Below, piece after piece: positions 26,901 to 39,470 of a stretch of DNA of 64,000 nt. A program made the translations under genes and the position numbers. The stretch is from assembly GCA_028534125.1 (NCBI GenBank), contig CM052817.1, forward strand, positions 64,916,001 through 64,980,000, in the 5' to 3' direction. The stretch comes from Lama glama (lineage: Eukaryota). Below the pieces are notes generated by a model, which made no database searches, was not told the DNA's origin, and worked only from the letters and a program-made list of their open reading frames with translations. Numbering within the stretch: position 1 is the stretch's first letter; each line of letters starts with the position of its first letter.

Positions 26901-29699
26901 TAGCTGCACGTAGGATGCTACGGAGGTTACGTCTTACGTCAACTAGCTGCGCCAACTGCGGACCTGCAGTGGGAGAAAGGGGAGGGATTTTATGTGGGGC
27001 GGGGCTTGGAGTTTCTAGAGTGGGCGGTAGTTCCCTGATTTGTGGGGGTTTTTTTCCCCCCACTTGAAAGCAAGTGTGTATCTGTGGGCATATATTCATT
27101 CATTTATTCCTGTGGAGATGGCGGGGGCTGTTAAGATATTCCTACTCTTAAAAATTAAAAATGCGAAACACTGCTGAAGAGCTGTTAATTCTTCCGTGTT
27201 GGAGATGAGAGGAAAGCATCTCTTGCCTGAACTATTTATAATTAATACAGAGGGTTGTCAGTATCACATGATTTTACACAACTGAAATCGAAAATCAGAT
27301 TTAAAAACTGAATCAAATCCCTAATAAGAGGCGTTTAAATCTAGAATGTTTAAGCTTTTTCTTGCTTGCTTGTCTTTCACTCTCCATTTATTCCTTGAAC
27401 TATTTTTTAATATATTTTGCAAAACACCGGGTGACATTTCATTGTTTGTAATACTTGACCTTATGTAATCTTTTTGCTATATATAGATCAAGTCAACTGA
27501 GGGAGAACTGAAACAGAATCTGGTAGATTGTCGTTTTCTATTTAGTTTTTGATTTGGTCCTACTTCTAATAGGTGATTATTTCAGAATTTGAAGAAAAGA
27601 ATGAGATTTGAGTCAATGAATAGAAGACAGCCATCTCACTATGAAAAGAGCTCTGAACTAAAGTATTCTTGATATTTGAAGACATTTTAACATGTTTAAA
27701 GGTTTTAATGGATAGAAAATTAAATTCTAATTTGAATTTTCTAAAGAATTAAAAACTTCTCTAAATTTAGTTACAGAACTGAAGCCACTCTTGCTTTAAA
27801 CCATCAAATTTTACTTGAAAAAGTATGTCAGCTGTAACATGCTTGTAGATCACTCTATTTCTTCGTTATCTCAAATCCAAAATATCTTTTAACTGAGCAT
27901 TGGCAAGGAAGTCTGGATCCATTTCTGATCTGTTAGTAGGGCATCTTTTTTCAGCTGCGTCCATATCAGGCCAAAGAGTAGCTGAGGAAGGATTAGTAAT
28001 TGGATATGTAGCCCTTCACATGTAGATCATTAAACTCAGGCTGGCATAATGATATGCCAGATCTTTCAGCAGCTGTTCAGTTGCCCCACAGGGATCTGTT
28101 TTATGAATAATTACGTATATTTTTTCAGAGTTAATACTCAGTCTCCTTAGATATTTAAAACAAAAATTTTAAGTTACTTTAAAAACCCTCATATTTTATC
28201 AGTAGGGTCAATATGTTTTCTTTTGACATAGCCATTGAACTTTATAGCCATAGGGTGCAAAAATTTAAAATGATTCTAGTATCAATCCAAAGCAAGCACC
28301 AGCAAAAAATGGACAATTTAACCAAAGATACAGAAAGCATATAGAAAGTATAGGAAGGTAAAATCATGGTATGAAATAATCTTATTTTCACTGATTTGTA
28401 AAATTCATGTATTTATTTGGCACATTTATTGAGTTCCATGCTTTTTGTCTTAGTACTGTTTACACAGAGATAATGATCTCTGTTCTTAAGGAATCTCTAG
28501 TCTAGTGGGAGAGCCAGTGTTAAATACCATACAACATATAATGTACTTGAGAAGCCTGTACATGGAAAGGAGCAAGTAAATGATCCTAGAGGCAGGGGAC
28601 GTAGTTTCAGAAACTGAGTAATTTGCTCCATCTTGGAAATTATTTAAATTGGAGTTTTACAGATCTCAAGAAAGGAAAAGTATTTAAAATATTGGGAACG
28701 GGAAAAGCAAAGACATGTCATAGTTTGGTACATGACCGAAAAGCTGTGGGTAGGATGAGTAAGGAGGAGGAAAGAATAACCCTAAAGGTTTTTCTGATTT
28801 AGACAACTGTAGGAATATAATTCTGTTAAATGGGTCATTTGGAGAATAGTGGAAGAAAGTTAAGCTTTGAAAAAAATTAGCTTCATTTTGAATATGTGGG
28901 TCTGGGGAGTCTGCAGGACAGCTAAGTAGAAGTGGAGATCTAGAAGTTATCAGCATGTATGTGGTCCTTTAAGCCAACCTAAGAGGTTGGAATCAGATGC
29001 TATACCCTGGGTTACAAACCTATAATGTTTATTAGGACTGGAAGGTAAATGAGAGAAGCTATCTAGGAGAAAAGTGCCACAAGCCTGAGAGCATATTCTC
29101 TGTTTAATCAAGGTACAAGTTCTAAGTAGTAATGTGGGCCTAATGCCATCAGATCTCAATTTTTTAAGAGCAGCTGGAAATCTTTTTGTTTGTTTGTTTT
29201 TAATGTGAAATATGATTTTTAAGTGTTGGCAACTATTTTATTTGTGTTTAAATACTGAGCAGGCTAAACAAAACATGTCTTGGACCACATTCAGACAATT
29301 GGCAGCCAGTTTGTTAAATTGGACTGTAGAGTGAGAAAGATGAACCAGAATTTTAGGACACAAAAATATGGTAGTAAATAAAATTATGAGCTTCTCCAAG
29401 ATGCTTGGCCTGAAAACATTGGGCAGTCATCACAAATTATTTTAAGCCTAGGTCTGATGTTTTACTAAGTCTGAGAGTACTCTTCAGCAGGTTGGAGAGT
29501 TGTGGGAATAGAGTTACACTTGTGAGTACATTAATTGCAGGCTAAAACCAAAAAGAAACTAATTTTTAAAAATGATATGAAAGGCATCTAAGAGGCAGAA
29601 TCAACCTATCTATAATTATTTCAACTTGGATTGACTTCAAAAATATAGAAAAAAAAATTTAATGTTTTTAAAAATATCTTATTTCCTCCTCCTAAGTAG

Positions 29700-31020
29700 T
29701 ACATGAATATAGAAGACTAGGAAGATGACTATGGAGGCAGTGTAGTCTCAACCTCCTCATACAGCAGGTAGAGCATCTAGGATAAAAAAGCGACAATAAT
29801 AACAAATCATGGCTACAAGAAAAGGAATCCCCATAAAGCTCAAAATGTGAGCAGAAGGGAGCAAACCACCAACTTAGTATCAGCATCTGTGTAGGAGGAA
29901 ATAGTGGGATGGCAGCAGAGCACCTGAAGGCCATGAGAGTGGGAAGATCTCAAGCTGCCAACAGGTATTCACTGAAAAGCAAGGGAGATCAATATGAAGT
30001 AGCAGCAAAACTGACAGATTGTAATTTCAGAATGAGTATAAAAGGACAAGCAGGAAAGTCCGAAAGTGCCAGAGGGGTATTGGGGTCTATGAGTTCTCAA
30101 AAATTAATAAACCTGAGCTCCCGCTAAGGAGAAACTTCTGGGAATAGAATCCAAATTGAACAGGACAGGTACAATAGAGGCAAAGGAAAAGTTCAAATAA
30201 AAGTGGGAGAAAAGGAAAAGGAGACAGAGCTAAGAAATGACCAAGATACATAGGTGTCATTTTATGAAAATATCAGAAAAGGAAGCTCTAGAAGCCAGAA
30301 GAACTATTCTACCCACTCCTACCTCTTAAAAGTGTAGAATAACTTACTTAGCCTAAAAACTATACCACAATAAGAATAATAATTGAACTCTATTTAAAGC
30401 TGTTATAATAAAAAAGAATATGGAGCAGGAAAAAAGCATATGAAAACTAACCCAATATTTCAAAACAGGAGAAAATTTTTTAATGATAGAATATAGAACA
30501 AAATAAAACAAAAACTCAGAAATAAAGTGATTGGAAAAAAGAAGATCTGAAGAGGTGTCACAGAACTCAGAAAAGAATATGAAATGTAAAGAGCACACAT
30601 ATATGTTCAACTTATACTGGAAGTGGTAGCTAGTGCAACAACAAGAAAGCAAAATTAAAGAAGTAAAACTGTTCTCAGGTGACATGATTGTCTATGAAAA
30701 ACATCCAAAAAAGTCAACAAAAGAAACCCCTCGTGGAATTAATAAATGATTATAGCAAGGTCACAAGTGACAAGGTTAAGATACAAAAATCAATTGATTT
30801 CCTATCTACCAGAAATGAACAATTGAATTGTAACCTGGTTGGGATCTTGGAACAGAAAAAAAAGCATTAGATTTAAACCTAGGAAATCTAAATAAAGTAT
30901 AGATTTTAGTTAATACAGCAATTAGTAATATTAATAATTACACCACACTAATGTAAGATATTAATAATGAGAGTAACTGGATGCAGATATTAATAATGAG
31001 AGTAACTGGATGAGAAATCT
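29700..31020 (+). mobile_element. Patchwork of old L1 fragments (5' region, ORF2 RT piece at about 30600-30830, 3' end)
   Basis: RT-region remnant (ttcaacttatactggaagt...gacatgattgtctat...) and an L1M-type 3' UTR. Confidence 0.6.
30956..31012. repeat. Perfect tandem duplication, 29-bp period, 2 copies
   Basis: agatattaataatgagagtaactggatg at 30956 and 30985. Confidence 0.95.
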
Positions 31021-31027
31021 CTGGAAT

Positions 31028-31497
31028 TTTAATAGGGAAGAACAAACCTGACTCCATATTGAATCTGTTCTTTTACTTTAACCTTTGTTTTCTATTGCTT
31101 GTTAATCACTCAAGGGATATTGGCTATAAGCTTAAATTATAATGGCCCATTTCTGGGAAGCTTACCACCCAGGTAATGAGTGTTAAGCTAAATTACCTTT
31201 ATTTGGCTCACAAGAAACATCCTGACCAGGCCCACCTGCAAATGACTGCAGGAAGGAAGAAATTAACACATTCCCTTCAGAGGCTGACGGGAACCAGGAA
31301 ATGTTTGACTTTACTCCCTCCTTTTAGTATAAAAGGAACCTGAATTCTAACTCAGGAAAGATGGTTCTTTGGGACATTAGTCCACCATCTTCTCAGTCTG
31401 CTGGCTTTCTGAATAAAGTCACTATTCCTTGCTCCAAGAACTCCTTGACTTACTGGCCTGTTGTGTCACGAGCAGTATGAACTTGGGCTTGGTAACA
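31028..31497 (+). mobile_element. Solo LTR, ERV1-type (470 bp)
   Basis: Ends in ...GGTAACA; the 5' TG appears mutated to TT. TATAAAA at 31328, AATAAA at 31412, and a 4-bp TSD GAAT at 31024-31027 and 31498-31501. Confidence 0.85.
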
Positions 31498-31951
31498 GAA
31501 TGTCTTAGTAAATAAAATGATTCTGATCAAAATTTAAGTTTTGCTTTCTTTATAATAGTTTATGGAAATAAAGCCATGAATTCTCTCCTGTAAATGTTAG
31601 AAATTCAATTTTGTGTGGCCAAATATAGTGTAAAGTTAGACTCCTTTTAGGGTGACTATTATTGACCCATAAGGATTTTTTGATTGTTGTCAAATACATG
31701 TGTGTGGAGGGGTGGGAGGTGAAGGTAAAGTCTGGTTAATAACTCCATTTTGGAAAAATGACTGTCCTTCTTAGAGAGTCTAGTTTCCAAGTGTTTCAAA
31801 CCTAAGTCTCATTTACTCTTATTAAGGAAATGTATTTAGTGCATTTTTATTTTCTCAAAGAGAATTCTTAAATAAAACCTTATAAAATAGTACATGTATT
31901 TGCCTATAATTTTTGTCTTGGTACAAAAGAGATCATCACGTCTTAAGAATA

Positions 31952-32070
31952 CAGTCCTCTCTCAGTATCCTTGTGGGATTTTTTCCAGGATCCCTGCTGT
32001 TACCAAATTCTACAGATGCTCAAATCCCTTACAGTTGGCCCTCCTGGGTATCCCCTGGCTTTGTATCTGT
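31952..32070 (+). mobile_element. MER2-family (TcMar-Tigger) fragment
   Basis: ta|cagtcctctctcagtatcc...ttccaggatccc...ccaaattctacagatgctcaaatccctta. Confidence 0.65.
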
Positions 32071-33765
32071 CAATAAAGAGGACAAACTGTATTTTTAACC
32101 TATCAATATTTTTTTGCAGGATTCTTTGAAAATGCTAACTCTGTCACTGAATCGAAAATAATATTAGTCTTTATTATGACCACTTAGAGATAACTTGAAG
32201 AGTCCCTCTAAAAAATTTTTTTTCATTAATGTGCTTTTTTCTTGAACAGAGTAAAGTGTTCTGATGTTACAAAGACTTTTTTTTCCTCTATAGCGATCAT
32301 ACATTCTTACTTACTTTATCTGTATCTAGTAGGGTGATACATTTCCTTCCAACCTTTAGTGGGGTGAAGTTCATTCAATCCTCTAATCTAGGAAATGAGT
32401 TAGCTCCTAACAGCCTCTGACACTCAACAGAAACACAACTGTACTTTGGAATTAGTCAGCCATCTTCATTTCATTGTCTCTTATTATCACTGCAAAATAG
32501 TAGTATATATTCCACAGTGTCATGTACTACCAATGAAATTTCATTGCAATAGCATTGTTTTAAAATTTATTATTTGATTTTAAACTGGCTAGCACAGATC
32601 AATTTCCCCCCGGAGCAATTTGTTCAGCCTGGAACATCTAACAACAACAATCAAGTGCTCTGTTAGCCTCCATACAAAAGTGTGACAGATTTGCTAAAAG
32701 ATAGTCTCAATTAATAATTCTATGTCATCCATAAGAAATTCATTTTTCCACTTCCTATCTCTAATATTTTTTATCTCTAATATTGGATCTAGGTCTCAAG
32801 GTTTATTTTTCTATAGTCCTTAAATCATTTTACTAAATCAATCAAGTCTAATCTGTGAAATAATTGTTGTTAGGATACCCTAGAAAATGTGAAGAGCTCA
32901 GCATAGTGTATTGTACATAGGAACCATCCAATAGATGGGAGCTCTTGTTATCTTTGTACTGTGCTGTGCTTCTGTCCTGCTTCACATGCCGTGTAAAATA
33001 GCTGATGAGTTTTGGAAGGTATTTCTCATATATACTGTACATTGTTTGTGCTGCTTGATCAACAGAGCAGCAGAGGAGAATGCCTCTCCTTTGGTACACA
33101 GAATTCACTGAATATAGAAAGAGTTTGGCATCCTTATCTGAAGTCTTTCAAATGTCTTTGTAAAAAGTTACAAGCAAAATATAAAAGGATGATACTATTT
33201 ATTAACAACAGAAGCAATCTTATTTGAACATTTTGTGTTGAAATGACTACTTAATACAGTGACTCATAGAAGCTTTCTAGTGGAAAGCAAATGCTCGAAT
33301 GAAACAGCGTTTATTTTGTTAGGCAATAGTGACATGCATTTTATTGGTTGGACTCTGGTAAACACCTGACAACGAATGGTACTTTACCCGAAGAGACACG
33401 TATCATGCCCCACATAGTCTAAGCCCAGACACATAACTGTGAGCCTAAACATGGAAATACAAAAGACAGTTCTCATAAGATTCAAACTAATCCTTAGTTT
33501 AAATAAATAAGTATGTAAAGTTAAGTGGCTTCATACCACTGTGCATGTAATGAAGAAATTGTGGGACTGCATAGAAATCTATTCAAATATAAAGCAATAA
33601 AGCACTTTCACATTATCTTGTATTTATAATGCCTACTAGTCATAAAAGCTTATATTTCTTCAACAGTTATTTTTCTAAGAATGGCCTTTTCTATTTACAC
33701 CAGGAAAACTTAATATTTATAACTTTAAGGCAATAGTCATAACTATTTTATTTTTGTATAGGTAC

Positions 33766-33877
33766 ATTTTTTCTAATGTCATGTCTTTATTTTTTGTTTT
33801 ATTTAATTTTTTTATTGAAGTATAGTCAATTACAGTCTGGAATTTCTGGTGTCGAGCACAATGCCCCAGTCATGCTT
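33766..33877 (-). mobile_element. Very short L1 3' end with composite tail
   Basis: ttattgaagtatagtcaattaca...ccagtcatgc matches the same L1 3' end. TSD ttgtataggtac at 33754-33765 and 33879-33890. Confidence 0.75.
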
Positions 33878-35048
33878 ATTGTATAGGTACTTTAGCCATG
33901 ATTTATATATAAAACATGATAGCAAACTAAGTTCTAATCTCAATAGATGATAAAGACAATTTTCACATTTCAGTTCTTTATATAAAAACTTATTTCAAGA
34001 GGAAATATGCTTGACTTTGGAGATTTTTAAATTTTAGATTTCATCGTATGGCCCTGTCTATCATGTTGACTATCTTTTAACTGAGTTGTCTAGATTTAAC
34101 CTTAAGGTTAGGATTCTAGAAAAAGGTTTGAAGAGAGATGAGGGTAGATATTCTTAAACCCATTTTATGTGTAAACATGGCTGTAAGTATTTTCAGTTTC
34201 ATTCAATTAGCTATTTGCCAGCACTTTATTCCTCCCTTTGCCAAAACATCCCCACGTGTCCCCTAAACTACCTCATTTTTGTAGGTTTGTTCATACCAGA
34301 GTTCTCATGCAGAAGTTTCCAAAGAGAAGAGTTGGTTTAGTAAGTGTGGCCTTAGCCTTACTAGGGTATTTGCTTTAGTTCTACAGCAGTTTTCTAGTTA
34401 ATTTTCTATAGTAGAAATGTTAAGGGCTGGAATTCCTTCTCCGAATTTCTTCCTAGAAATGGGATTCAGAAAGCACAAGGGACTCCAGTCAGCCAGTGCA
34501 AGGACTCAGACAAGTGTTTCTTGTCATAGAGCTAGAGGTCTACAATGTTAAACTCAGTGGCCTACTAGGGTGTTAGATAGATGATGCTGACTCACACATA
34601 AGGAGAATCATTTAGGTTTTAGAAATGAGAAAGTTTTATCTGTTCTAACATTATTTAGAAGTGATTGGTGGTGGTACAACTTAAAAATTTTAAATTTAAA
34701 TCCTAAAATTCAGAGTGATTTTTTTAAAATAATAGCATGCACATGGTATAAAAAAATTCAGATGACCATCCAAGACAATAAAATTCAATCAAATTTATCT
34801 GAATTTGCAAATCCTCACTGCCCTCCCACATAAAGTGTAAATGTGAAGATGGGCATTTAATGTTACAGGCGTGATGACGAATACGTGTTGAGCAGAAAAG
34901 TATCGTCACCAGTTGTCCTTGACAGTCTCTCAGTACTTCTGAACTTATAGGATGGTAGACTGGTTTAGTTTAGCTCCCAAAGTGAAAATTTTCTTGGTTT
35001 TCATTTCTGGGAAAAAATAAAAATAAAAAGTGAGAGACTGAAAACTAC

Positions 35049-35142
35049 AGCCCACCTAAGTTTAATCATTAATAGTGAAACTTTCTGCGAACTTAGGTCC
35101 TGATTTTGGAGTTTGGAATCTGACCTTTCCCCCAAAGATAAA
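35049..35142 (+). promoter_or_regulatory. MTTP: MTTP proximal (exon 1A) promoter: AGCCCACCTAAG element, HNF1 site, HNF4-like site, DR1 and TATA-like GATAAA
   Basis: TTTAATCATTAAT (HNF1-like) at 35061-35073, GGAGTTTGGAATC at 35108-35120, TGACCTTTCCCC (DR1) at 35121-35132 and GATAAA at 35137-35142. Order matches the recalled mammalian MTTP promoter. Confidence 0.8.
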
Positions 35143-35250
35143 CGTTGTTGCAGGTTCTGAGGAGGGTCACTCCCTCGCTGCTATTGGAAGAGTCCACTTC
35201 TCAGTGACTCCTCCCTGGGAACTGGATGCATTAGAGGGTAGCTAGTCAGT

Positions 35251-35311
35251 ATGATTCTTCTTGTTGTGCTTTTTCTCTGCTTCATTTCCTCATATTCAGC
35301 TTCTGTTAAAG
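35251..35311 (+). CDS. MTTP: MTTP coding exon 1 (signal peptide MILLVVLFLCFISSYSASVK-G)
   Basis: ATG at 35251, 61 nt, donor AAAG|gtaagt. Matches the known MTP large-subunit N-terminus. Confidence 0.97.
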
Positions 35312-38300
35312 GTAAGTTTGTATTGCCTTTTGCTAAACTTAAATTTTAATCCTTGAAGGAGGAAAATGTGTGTGTGTGGTGTGTGTGTAGTGAAACAGTT
35401 CCTAACTAAGCCATCTTCAAAACCACATAGCTTTGGAATGTTGGTGAAGGCATGGCTGGGTTGAAATGAAAACCAAATTCAAATTCCTACATACATTAAG
35501 AAAACAGAGGTTCCTTTTAGTCTCAGACTAGTGTGCTTCTTGCTTGATTTTTTCATTCATGGTCTGTTTTTAAAAGGAAGGAAAATAGATGCCAGCTATT
35601 GTTACCTGCTGCTATTGGTCACTCAATGAATACAGCTCCTTCATTTGAATTGTAAAAGTGGATTTAAAAAACCAATTCTTAAATTTCCTTCTAGTTGCCT
35701 AGCAGTGTGACATCAAGAAGAATTAGACCCAATGAAAGAGGCATTTGACTTGCCAAAGAATTATGAATGAAATGGTAAAGCCTGTATTTAATTCCATTGG
35801 CATTCAAAAGTGATAGAATTGCCATAGTTGTGAATTACAGAAAATAAAACTACATGATATGAATGTAAGAAATAAGACTTCTTATCTTTGAAAAAATAGT
35901 GTTCCTCATTATAGTTTCTATTTTAAGATAAAATTGATTAAAAACATACGAATTGATATCTTTCAGAGAAAATAAACATTTTATGAGCAATGATTTCAAA
36001 AAGCTGGATAAAAGTGTGGAATCTTGTTTTAAATCAGTTAATTTATACACTCACTAAATTTCTAAATGTTATACCTGTAAAATGATCACTGTTTTAAAGT
36101 CTCTTAAGAGGACTCACTGTCAAATCAGATTGACCTAACACATAACTTAGCATGATAGGGTCTGAATTTAATACTTGTACTCTAAGTAATTGATAGAAAA
36201 CAATTTATTTGTAAACTTCTAAAATCCTTTTGTGATAATTGTGGCTTTTTTTTCCAGAAAGTAAAGTTTGTCTTAAGATTTTTTGTGTGGAAAATTTCCA
36301 CATGAGAAAAAAAGACAATCTTTGTTATTGGAACAATAAATGGTGGGCTGCATTATTTCACCTAAGCAGATCACACTTCAGGTTCTTGAACTAAAGATAA
36401 TATGTTTTACCAGTTTCTAAAATGTTTAGTATTTAAAGCTACAGCTCTTACTTGGATGAAAAGAAATTTTAATGAGAAAAAAGCAATGGTTTGTAAATTA
36501 TATCTGACAGAGAATTGTTATGTAGAGAGATTACTATTTTATTATCTGTTAAACTGTTGAATATTCAAAATATGAGCAATTTATATACCATAAGATCAAA
36601 CCTAATATTATGATTATTCTGAGAAAAATAATTGAGATGTTGTAGTTATTGTGGGCTTCTCTTTTTTCCCCCCACTCTATAAATGAGAACACTGGATAAC
36701 TTGAAGTTTTCAAATACATGCACTTGTAAAGATTTAAAAATACACATACACACACAAGAATGACATACAGGGAAATATGACAGAACACAGCAGATAGCTG
36801 CAGTTTGTTGTGTGTAACTGTAGCTCAGTGGCAAATCCAGAGTTTTAAAACTTGAAGCTTATGCAATTTAGAGGCCATCTTTGAGAAAAGATTACAAAAA
36901 TATCTTACATTTGCAAATGTTACTGAAAAAAAGAATGGCATATGTATACAATGCTAGGGTTCCCTTCCAAAGTCTTGGAAGGAGGCTGGGCAAGTGAGGG
37001 CTCCAAAGCTTAAGCATCATTAGCTTCACCGTACAAGCTGCTTAAGCCAAACGTCATGGATAAAAAGTACAGGACTTGACAGCTCTTTCTCTACCTAGAT
37101 GTGGTAACTTTTTGTATTATAGTACCATGATTTAAATATAGACTCCCTGCCCCTTTGTAATGATTGGCACTTAATAAGCAAACTACTTGTGAAGAGTCTA
37201 CTTTAATATCAGGGCATTATAAATTTTGGGATCCCATGAATCACTTCAAAACTCACCTCACATTTGTCAGTGCAATTGTTTAGCGAATCCCCGGATCTGG
37301 GTGGATGTTGAGTGCAAGGTGGACTGTAAAAAGGATGGAGGAGGGGTTAGGATTAGTATGGAAGAAGGCTTGTTTGGAAGAGAGATGCTGAGTGTGATGA
37401 CCTTCTAGTTTTCTGTTGGATTCCTAAATCCCATTACCTATCATCCTTATCACCACTGCAGGTCTCTTCAAGCCTCATCTTTTTAAATTTGTCTCTACTT
37501 TGTCTTATGGCTGAAGTCAATTGACTGTACTCTGATATTGATCTAAGTTTGGTCAAAGAATATTTGAAGATATTTCTTAAAAAGTTCAAAATTTAGAGTT
37601 TTATTCCTTTTATGTCACTACAAAATTTACTTGAAGGGGCACATTGAAAAGGTACTGATTCCTTTTGGGGCTAGAATTAATTTCTCTTCTAGTTTTATCT
37701 GTCATGCTCTACAGAGAACACCCTAAGAAAGAAATTTGGTCAACAATATAAATGGTACATGCCCCCGCTGCCGAGTATTGCCAGGTCTCTGAATAACATA
37801 AACAGATATTTACCAAAGAGGAAAGGATAATAGGACAACACTTCAGCACAATCCACTTACCTGAACCATTTTAGGCTTTATCTCCTGTTGAGAGAGGTAG
37901 GAAAACGTTATAGGAGAACAGAGCCCATTCTTTCCTGTGCTTATCCTTTCCAAGTCATAGTCAAGAACTGATATGTATTTCCCCTTTTTACATTCTTTTG
38001 ACAAGTCAAGTAAAAATAAGAAAAAAATGAACAGCATGATAGTTTGGAAAGCTTTGGAATTAAAGAGAGGAGAGGGGCTACCTTCCTACAAACTTTTCAT
38101 AGTTGTTTTCATCAGCAGACACCATCAGGTAGTCCACTAAAAGTTGGATTTCAGTAAATTCCAACCTCACATTGTATCTGCTACGTTGGATGAAATGTGG
38201 AGTCAGCTTTCCTCAGCTGCCATATACTGCTTACCTTTCAGAACTGCTGTGAGGATTAGATAAGACAACATGTATTTCCTTTATGCCCTAGGTGCAATTT

Positions 38301-38619
38301 CATAGGTGTCATAAAAAGAAGGCCTCTTTGATCAAAATATCTTCTCAGCCAGAAAGCCAGTGTTTGAACTTACAACAGTGTCCTCAGTTAAAATGCAGGA
38401 GAAGTGGGGATCGGGGAGGCTGGAGGGAGTCACAGACTTCATCTCCTTTGAGGTTTTCCCTGACCATGTCTGCCTTCTGTATCTCATACCTAAGGTTCTG
38501 CCTAACTTGGTGCTTGGACACAGCCTCAGCCTGTTTTTGTATGTACACACTGGGATCCCCACTCCTACACTTCCTTCTCCTGGCTTTTCTTAATTCCTAT
38601 GAAACTTCTTATCACCTTT

Positions 38620-39230
38620 CTTTAAAGGTTTGTCAGATCATGTAACTTCACCACCCAAAACTTTCCAGTGGCTTTCCTATCTCAGTCAAATTCTAAGTCA
38701 ATGCAAATGTCTCCCGAAGTCTCCTAGCCAACCATAGGTACCTATCTGACTTCACAACTCCTTCAGTTGTATCTTTCACTTACCCAGTTCCAGCCTCTTT
38801 GGCCTCCCTGCTGTTCCTCCGTTACATCTGCACGAACCCTTCTCAGGGCCTTTGAACTTACTGTTCTCACTGTGGATGGATGGGGAGGTAGGGATGTGGA
38901 AGAGGAGGGGAGAGGGATGCTCTCCCCAAGGATGTCCATGTGCCTACCTAAAGTCTTTGCCCAGAATATTACCTTCCCGACAAAGCTCTTTCCTCAGCAT
39001 CCCCATTCCTGTTTCATTTTTCTTCATTAGCACGTCTAACATACTTTATAATTTGCTTGCATACTTACTTTTTTATTGCCCGTCTCTTCCTCATTTAAAT
39101 GTGAACTCCACAAAGATAGAAATTTTGTCTGCTTGCTAACTGGTATAGCCCCAGAGCTTAGAAAAGTGCCTACTATGCAGTAGGTGCTCAGTAAGTCCAT
39201 ATTGAGTGAATGAATGAGTGAATGCCTATA
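38620..39230 (+). mobile_element. L2 3' fragment
   Basis: Typical L2 phrases ending aagtgcctactatgcagtaggtgctcagtaag...tgaatgaatgagtgaatg. Confidence 0.65.
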
Positions 39231-39279
39231 GCTCACTCCCTAGGAATGGAAGTATTCAGCCTCAAGGTTTGTATGAGTA

Positions 39280-39470
39280 TAAGTCAGAGCATGATATCCA
39301 GATCCAGACAGGCTATTAGTGGCTCCATGCTAATTTCCTGGGTCATCTTGTGTAAATTGTGTAATCTCTGCCCCTTGGTTTCCTCATCTATAAAATGAGG
39401 CTAATAATGGTACCTACCCTATGAGGGTTTTGTAAGGATTAAATAAGTTAATGCACATAAAACACGTAGA
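39280..39470 (+). mobile_element. MIR SINE
   Basis: ggtttcctcatctataaaatgagg...aataatggtacctacc...gtaaggattaaataag. Confidence 0.7.

Larger units (their letters stand above)
25980..27050. promoter_or_regulatory. CpG-rich promoter of TRMT10A, potentially bidirectional toward MTTP
   Basis: Sharp rise in GC and CpG density. GC boxes at about 26051 and 26996, an ETS-CRE composite at 26624-26638, and a ZNF143-like AACTTCAACTCCCAGAGGC at 26874-26892. Confidence 0.85.

Noticed and set aside
26701..27099. Short ORFs across the CpG island
   Set aside because: GC-rich sequence is depleted of stop codons, and I recognise no protein similarity.
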